A stretch of DNA of 64,000 nucleotides from positions 62,001 to 126,000 of the forward strand of contig CT868015.1 in assembly GCA_000165425.1 (NCBI GenBank), in the 5' to 3' direction. Both the position numbers and the translations under genes were made by a program. Within the stretch, counting starts at the first letter, position 1, and each line of letters begins with the position of its first letter. Below are positions 63,511-64,000 of this stretch, piece by piece. Source of the stretch: Paramecium tetraurelia (taxonomy: Eukaryota). The notes under the pieces were generated by a model. The model was not told the origin of the DNA. It saw nothing but the letters and a program-made list of their open reading frames with translations, and searched no databases.

Positions 63511-64000
63511 ATGAAACATACCAAAGAATATTAAATCAGCAAAGAAAATTTGAAGATAATTCGATAATCTGAATTGATTCAAAACACTGTGGTTTGGACC
63601 AACAAAAATTTGTTCCTTCGTTATTGCCAATCCTAGAACTACTATTACATCAGAGACGTAAACGAAATTCTTGCCGATGCTTCATCAAAAGCTGTAATTC
63701 GCTACAAGGATTGGCATGGATATGACGATGATGTAAGTTTTTCAATCATTCTAAGGATGAATATCTCAAAAGGTATTATTACACTGATGAATATCCATAG
63801 AAGGTCCACTTGTTAACTGAATACTATAAAGTAAAATTAACCATCTAAAAGAGTTTCATACAGATATAGCCAGATTATACATGGAACCAATTGCCACCTT
63901 GCTCAATAAATACTTCGATAAGAAACGCAAATACGAGTACTACAGGATCGCTCATTTGATCGAAGAGGAAAATAAAAAAAATCCCAATCGACCTCCCAAA
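63511..64000 (+). CDS. Hypothetical protein, 3'-partial
   Basis: ATG 63511 and two 23-nt introns. Reads ...EYLKRYYYTDEYPQKVHLLTEYYKFHTDIARLYMEP... and stays open to the window end. Confidence 0.75.

Noticed and set aside
1..64000. CRISPR arrays, telomeric repeats, retained IESs, intact transposons or an operon-like system
   Set aside because: No regularly spaced repeats, C4A2/C3A3 tracts, convincing TA-bounded insertions in genes or DDE/RT ORFs were seen by eye. Neighbouring genes are functionally unrelated, as expected for a macronuclear chromosome.

Overview
AT-rich, very gene-dense eukaryotic DNA that reads as ciliate macronuclear sequence, most likely Paramecium. TAA/TAG are in-frame Gln codons, TGA is the only stop, introns are tiny (about 20-32 nt, GT..AG) and several intergenic gaps are under 60 bp. 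The supplied standard-code ORF track is therefore fragmented and partly in wrong frames. Manual translation with genetic code 6 gives about 30 protein genes plus a tRNA-Glu(CTC). Recognisable genes: TRRAP/Tra1-like C-terminus, PX-domain protein, LRR + MyTH4-FERM protein, BIG-type Sec7 Arf-GEF, trichocyst-matrix-like secreted protein, bZIP factor, MFS-like transporter, kinesin-7-like motor, four-domain cation channel, GATase-fold protein, two tandem PAS-like membrane proteins, LC4-like EF-hand protein, CENP-B/pogo-type HTH protein, EngB GTPase, hybrid histidine kinase and SDS22. Most noteworthy: the channel has a D/D/D/D selectivity filter, charge-poor S4 segments and a one-base frameshift in IIIS6; a motor-less LRR-MyTH4-FERM architecture; a HIT-type zinc finger inside the Arf-GEF; and a transposase-type DNA-binding module without a DDE domain. 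All calls come from hand translation and motif recognition with no database search, so boundaries are approximate. No clearly new multi-gene system is supported by this sequence.
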